From assembly GCA_963808235.1 (NCBI GenBank), contig CAWEEQ010000004.1:2816001-2880000 (forward strand): DNA of 64,000 bases. Direction: 5' to 3'. Positions 59,504 through 64,000 of this stretch are shown piece by piece. A program made the position numbers and the translations under genes. The notes below the pieces were generated by a model that worked only from the letters and a program-made list of their open reading frames with translations, ran no database searches and was not told where the DNA came from. This DNA is from an uncultured delta proteobacterium. Its GTDB lineage: Bacteria > Desulfobacterota > Binatia > Binatales > Binataceae. Within the stretch, counting starts at the first letter, position 1. Every line of letters starts with the position of its first letter.

Positions 59504-60745
59504 CTATTGCGACACTTCACTCTCGCTCTTGGCAGGTGACCGCGCGAGCGCAACGTAACAAGCAACGTTGGTCATCGACAGCGCTCCCGCCAGCCGCCAG
59601 GTCGCCGCCGTCCCGAATGCGTCCACCATCTTGCCCTGCACCGGCAACCCGATCACCCCACCCAGCGTCGACATGGTCGTGCCGAATGAGAGCAGCGTCG
59701 CGCGATTTTCGCCCGCGATCATCTCGTTGTACCAGGCGAATGCCATCGGACCCGCCATCCCCTGGGCGCACGTCGCCGCCATGACCGCGCCGAGTGCGAA
59801 CCACATCCGCCCGCCCGCGAGTCCGGCCGCAATCACCGCGGCGCTGGAGAACGCGCTCATCGCAGCGATAAACCAGACGCGCTTCTCCCACGCTCCCGGC
59901 ATCCGCGCCGCCAGCTCGAGGCCTCCGACCTGCGCCGCGATCAGCGAGACCGATACCCAACCTACTCTCCCGATTCCGGCGTTGAACCCCTGATTGAAGT
60001 AGTGCTGCCACTCCTGCCCCCAGCCGTACCACAACGACGCCGAGATTAGCCCGGCGATCGAGAGCAGGCGGACGCCGCGATGCGCGAATCCGAGCCGCGT
60101 CGAATCGATACTGCGCCGTCGAATCTCTTCGATGATCTTGCCCGGCGAGATTCGCCGCACCGTGCTGCGTCCCATCATGCCCAGTGCCGCTACTCCGGCC
60201 GCCATCCATACAAATGTGCTCAGCAGAAATGGGGCTGCGATGCTCGCTTGCCCGATGTACGCGCCGGCCAGCGACCCGCACATCCCGGTGATCTCTCCCA
60301 ACTGGAACTTGCGCGAGAAGACTGCGTCCTTCGGTCCCTCGAATCCTGCGGCGTCGAGAGCATCGACTGCCCATGCGTCGATCGGCCCGTTGCCGAAAGT
60401 GGTGCCGAGCCCGTCAATCAGCGCCGCGGCAATGAAGTACCAATAGTGATGCGAAAGGAAGTAGAGCAGAAACGCCGCCGCATGAAGGACGCATCCCACG
60501 ACGACCGCCGCGCGCCGCCCGACCGCGTCGGCAAACGCCCCGGTCGGCACGTCGGTCAGAAACGTCATCAGCACATATGACGCCGCGACCACATTGATCT
60601 GGAACTGATCGAGTCCGCGCGAACGCAGGAAAATCGGGTAGACCGCAAAGATGAACAGCGGACCGAACGCGTAGCACGCCGACACTGCGTAGTAGCGCCG
60701 AATGATCGAGCGAATCGCATCAGCGTTCTTCGGCTCGTGCTGCAT
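59504..60745 (-). CDS. MFS transporter
   Basis: DVPTGAFADAVGRR, ~12 TM, RATLLS. Confidence 0.9.
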   Translation of the reverse strand: MQHEPKNADAIRSIIRRYYAVSACYAFGPLFIFAVYPIFLRSRGLDQFQINVVAASYVLMTFLTDVPTGAFADAVGRRAAVVVGCVLHAAAFLLYFLSHHYWYFIAAALIDGLGTTFGNGPIDAWAVDALDAAGFEGPKDAVFSRKFQLGEITGMCGSLAGAYIGQASIAAPFLLSTFVWMAAGVAALGMMGRSTVRRISPGKIIEEIRRRSIDSTRLGFAHRGVRLLSIAGLISASLWYGWGQEWQHYFNQGFNAGIGRVGWVSVSLIAAQVGGLELAARMPGAWEKRVWFIAAMSAFSSAAVIAAGLAGGRMWFALGAVMAATCAQGMAGPMAFAWYNEMIAGENRATLLSFGTTMSTLGGVIGLPVQGKMVDAFGTAATWRLAGALSMTNVACYVALARSPAKSESEVSQ

Positions 60746-60880
60746 CGCGCGGAGTTCGTGACGCCTCCCGAGCGCAAGTTAACAGCCAGCCCGCGCCAGG
60801 TGAAACCCTTTGAAAGGTTTCACCCCCTCCTACAAGTTAACCCCCGCGAAATGCCGTTGCGGCATTTCACTCCGTGTAGA

Positions 60881-60923
60881 CACCGGGTGCAGGGGTCACC
60901 CCTGCCGCCAGCCGCGCAGGCGA
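60881..60923 (+). repeat. Short palindromic repeat (second family)
   Basis: caccgggtgcaggggtcacccctgccgccagccgcgcaggcga; similar to 23563-23605. Confidence 0.65.
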
Positions 60924-60942
60924 AGACTACGATTCCTGATTC

Positions 60943-62709
60943 CTACCATCCGATCACTTGCGCAGGCATTGCCGGAATCGCCTGCCCGCGCGGATCGGCG
61001 CCGCCCGCCAGCACACCGGTCGTTGTGTCGATCTGCACTGCGAGCACGTGACCCTCTGACCAAGGTGGCCTGACTTCTATCTTATGGCCACGAGCCGCCA
61101 ATTCGTCGCGGACCTTGTCGGGCACTCGATCCTCAACTCGCAGCACGCCGGGAAGGCTGCCGTGCGGATAGAACGTCGCCGGAAAGTGCGGGGTCGAAAA
61201 TTTCGGCGCCTCGATCGCGGTCTGCAGGTCCATCCCGAAATCGATCGCGTTCAGGAAGAATTGCAGCGTCCATTGATCCTGCTGATCGCCGCCCGGTGTG
61301 CCGAACGCCAGATACGGCTCGCCCGCGCGCATCGCAAGCGACGGCGAAAGCGTGGTACGCGGCCGCTTGCCGGGCTTGAGCGCATTGGGATGGTGCTCAT
61401 CGAGAAAGAAAGTTTGCATCCGGGTTCCCAGCGGAAAGCCGAGCGCCTCGATCACCGGGGAACTCGGAATCCAGCCACCGCTCGCGGTGACCGCAATCAT
61501 GTTGCCGCCGTGATCGGCCGCCGTGACATGAATCGTTCCACTGCCCCACGGACGCGCGTCGGGAGCGGCGTCGCCGCGCAATGCGCGCATCGCACGAGGA
61601 TCGCCAGGCCGCTGCTCCATCGAGGCATGATGCGAATTGATAAGCTCGCGGCGAATCGCGGCATACCGATCGCTGAGCAATGCGTCGATTGGTACATCGA
61701 TGAATTCAGGGTCGCCGTAATACGCCTCCCGATCGGCGAACGAAAGTTTGGCGGCTTCGATCACGCAATGGATGTAATCGGCGGAGTTGTGGCCCATCGC
61801 CGCGAGATCGAACCCTTCGAGCAGCTTTAGTTGTTGCAGAAAGACCGGCCCTTGCGACCACGGCCCGCATTTGAAGACGGTGACACCGCGATAGTCGGCG
61901 CTCACCGGCGCTTCGATTCGAGTGGTGAAACTTTCGAGATCGGACCCGGCGAGCAATCCACCGTTGGAGTCCGACCACGCGACGATCTCGCGCGCGATAT
62001 CGCCGCGATAGAAACGCTCGCGCGCAGCATCGAGCGCACTCTTGCGTCCGCGATTTTTCGCGCCCGCTTCCGCATCGAGCACCCGCTTGAAGAAATTTGC
62101 GAGCGCAGGATTTTTGATCACCGCGCCGGGCCGCGGCACTTTCCCATCGGGCATGTAGACACGCGCCGACGACGGCCACTTGGTCAGAAACCGCTTTGCG
62201 TTCTGACCAATCGATGCGCCCGCTCCGGCAATTACTTCGGTGTCGCTTCCGTCGATACCGGACAAACCAACATGCATCGGAAATCCGTCTGCCGCGAGTG
62301 CGAGCGCAGGCTCGATCACTTCGGCAAGCGATTTCGTTCCGAACTCGCCAAGCGCCGTCACGATCGCGTCGAAAGCCGCGGGAACTCCTGCCGCCAGCAG
62401 GCCGGCGCCAGGAATCAGTTCGACTCCGAGCGAGCGATAGTGCTCAATCGTGGCCCGTGCGGGCGCCATCATATTGCCGTTGATCGCGATCACGCGGCGA
62501 GCAGATGCCGAGTAAATCAGCATCGGCGCTTCGCCTCCGATTGTATGCATGTGCGGATTCACTACGCCTTCGACAAATGTTGCAGCCAACGCAGCATCAA
62601 TTGCATTGCCGCCACGAGCGAAGATCTGCGCACCTGCGGCCGCTGACAGGTAATGCTCGGTCGCAATAATCGCGCGGCGCCCCATTATAAGCGGGTAAAT
62701 CGTTGTCAT
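60943..62709 (-). CDS. Gamma-glutamyltransferase family protein
   Basis: GGNAIDA, FYRGDIA, GTIH (Thr nucleophile), PGKRPRTTL, GTPGGD, GADPRG. Confidence 0.93.
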   Translation of the reverse strand: MTTIYPLIMGRRAIIATEHYLSAAAGAQIFARGGNAIDAALAATFVEGVVNPHMHTIGGEAPMLIYSASARRVIAINGNMMAPARATIEHYRSLGVELIPGAGLLAAGVPAAFDAIVTALGEFGTKSLAEVIEPALALAADGFPMHVGLSGIDGSDTEVIAGAGASIGQNAKRFLTKWPSSARVYMPDGKVPRPGAVIKNPALANFFKRVLDAEAGAKNRGRKSALDAARERFYRGDIAREIVAWSDSNGGLLAGSDLESFTTRIEAPVSADYRGVTVFKCGPWSQGPVFLQQLKLLEGFDLAAMGHNSADYIHCVIEAAKLSFADREAYYGDPEFIDVPIDALLSDRYAAIRRELINSHHASMEQRPGDPRAMRALRGDAAPDARPWGSGTIHVTAADHGGNMIAVTASGGWIPSSPVIEALGFPLGTRMQTFFLDEHHPNALKPGKRPRTTLSPSLAMRAGEPYLAFGTPGGDQQDQWTLQFFLNAIDFGMDLQTAIEAPKFSTPHFPATFYPHGSLPGVLRVEDRVPDKVRDELAARGHKIEVRPPWSEGHVLAVQIDTTTGVLAGGADPRGQAIPAMPAQVIGW

Positions 62710-63031
62710 AAGTGAGTAATTCTTCCCGAAGTGAGAGTTTTCGCGGTTAATGCTACGTATCCTTGTTAAAGTCTACGACGCGAATTTGGCAAAATGATGA
62801 CCGTAAACGGATGATGCGAAAAATTGGTCCGCTGGTCATTGTCGCCGAATCTCTCCCCTTTACCGCGACCATATCCGAAAAAATCATTGAAATGTAGGGT
62901 TTTCCACACCTCTGGATAACTGAAACTCGCGCCCCTCTGAGAACGTCTAAATATTTAGGCCCGAAGCTTGCTAGTATGGTGGGCAGGATGATGCGGACCG
63001 GAACTACCGGATGACGTGGAGGGGTAACAAT

Positions 63032-63238
63032 ATGATGACGAGCACAATCTCAGAAGCAGTTGCCGGAAGGCATTGTAAACTGCAAAAACCAGTGCGAGAC
63101 CACGAAGGACGAAGTCGATTCGCGGAACAACCACGCATCTTGCGCGAGGTAAATAATCTCGATCGACGCATGTACCTGGTGCAGTTCGATGACGGCGCAA
63201 CCACGTTCCTTTTCCCCGATGAGGTAGTGGTCGAGTAG
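63032..63238 (+). CDS. Small hypothetical protein (beta-rich)
   Basis: GGAGG RBS; MYLVQFDDGATTFLFPDEV. Confidence 0.65.
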   Translation: MMTSTISEAVAGRHCKLQKPVRDHEGRSRFAEQPRILREVNNLDRRMYLVQFDDGATTFLFPDEVVVE

Positions 63239-63447
63239 TTAAGTGCAGCGTCGCGCTTGCAGTGCGCACGCACTGTACGCGGCGGCGAAGATCGCGCCCC
63301 TGATAGATAGCATGACGCTTGAGTCCGTACGGATTCAGACGCACCGCTTGATACGCGCTGCAAATGTTGAAACCGCGCGGACGGTTTGAAATCGATCGCG
63401 CGTACCCCGATTGCCGTCCCTTACCTACCGAATCTGAACCTTCGAGT

Positions 63448-63472
63448 ACTTTTCACTTTTCACTTTTTCACT
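63448..63472 (+). repeat. ACTTTTC tandem repeat
   Basis: acttttc acttttc actttttc act. Confidence 0.6.
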
Positions 63473-63686
63473 CCTCGCCCAAATCCGCATGCGCCCAGCG
63501 AGAAAGACGCAAAACTACGGGCGCTTGCGTGAATTTGAAACCGCAAGACAACCTTAGGCCGCCAAAATTAATTTTGAAATTAAACAAATTGTTGATGCGC
63601 TAGACACGCGGATTGACGGTGTCTATCGTCTATCAAGTCGTTCGGAGCGTGGGCGAAAAAGTACCGGACGAAGAATGGGAGGAATC

Positions 63687-64000
63687 ATGACCAGGGGGAA
63701 AAATTGTTTGAGTCTGATCGGGGGAGTCGCTGCGTTCCTACTCGTCCTCACTCCAAGTGCATTTGCGAAGCATTCGGGTGCGGGCCGACAGGCCACAGTG
63801 GATTGCGGGGACGGAGTGATCACGTATTCTCCGAGCACGATTTGGCCACCGAACCACAACATGCAACTGATCGACATCAGCTTCGCCGAGACGGAGACGA
63901 CGGATGGCGATACGCTCGGCCTCCAGGTGACCGGCATCACTTCGAACCAGCAGACCGAAGACGATGCCGGCGGCGCGGGATGCGGTCCGGACACCGCCAA
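63687..64000 (+). CDS. Secreted protein with WPPNH motif (runs off window end)
   Basis: GGAGG RBS; MTRGKNCLSLIGGVAAFLLVLTPSAFA signal; SPSTIWPPNHNMQ. Confidence 0.75.
   Translation, partial: MTRGKNCLSLIGGVAAFLLVLTPSAFAKHSGAGRQATVDCGDGVITYSPSTIWPPNHNMQLIDISFAETETTDGDTLGLQVTGITSNQQTEDDAGGAGCGPDTA

Overview
GC-rich bacterial chromosomal window. Gene content and style are consistent with a Deltaproteobacteria-like soil lineage such as Candidatus Binatota, but that is an inference. Most of it is housekeeping: nuoE/nuoH, rsmD-coaD-aspC, groEL, rimI, carD, ispD, cysK-larE, htpX, degP, PBP1B, tsaD-rsmA-mutM, pilD-tmk-holB-PSP1-metG-tatD and ggt. The standout feature is a ~9.5 kb accessory island (4384-13836) bounded by a 35-36 bp direct repeat, with no integrase or transposase in the window. 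It carries five truncated, non-canonical Rhs-core cassettes, four of them with a variable Cys-containing C-terminal tip followed by a small putative immunity gene. The promoter and ATG of the neighbouring NUDIX gene have been copied twice into the array and fused in frame to the Rhs fragments. Other points of interest are a TPR gene bracketed by ~230 bp composite REP-like inverted repeats, an operon of small membrane protein / ECF sigma / Ogt-Ada(Zn) fusion, a YfhL-ferredoxin/membrane/Hsp20-like fusion, and an Lnt-like nitrilase with Ser at the catalytic Cys position. Several single-base frameshifts in ordinary genes suggest long-read indel errors. No tRNA, rRNA or CRISPR array was found.
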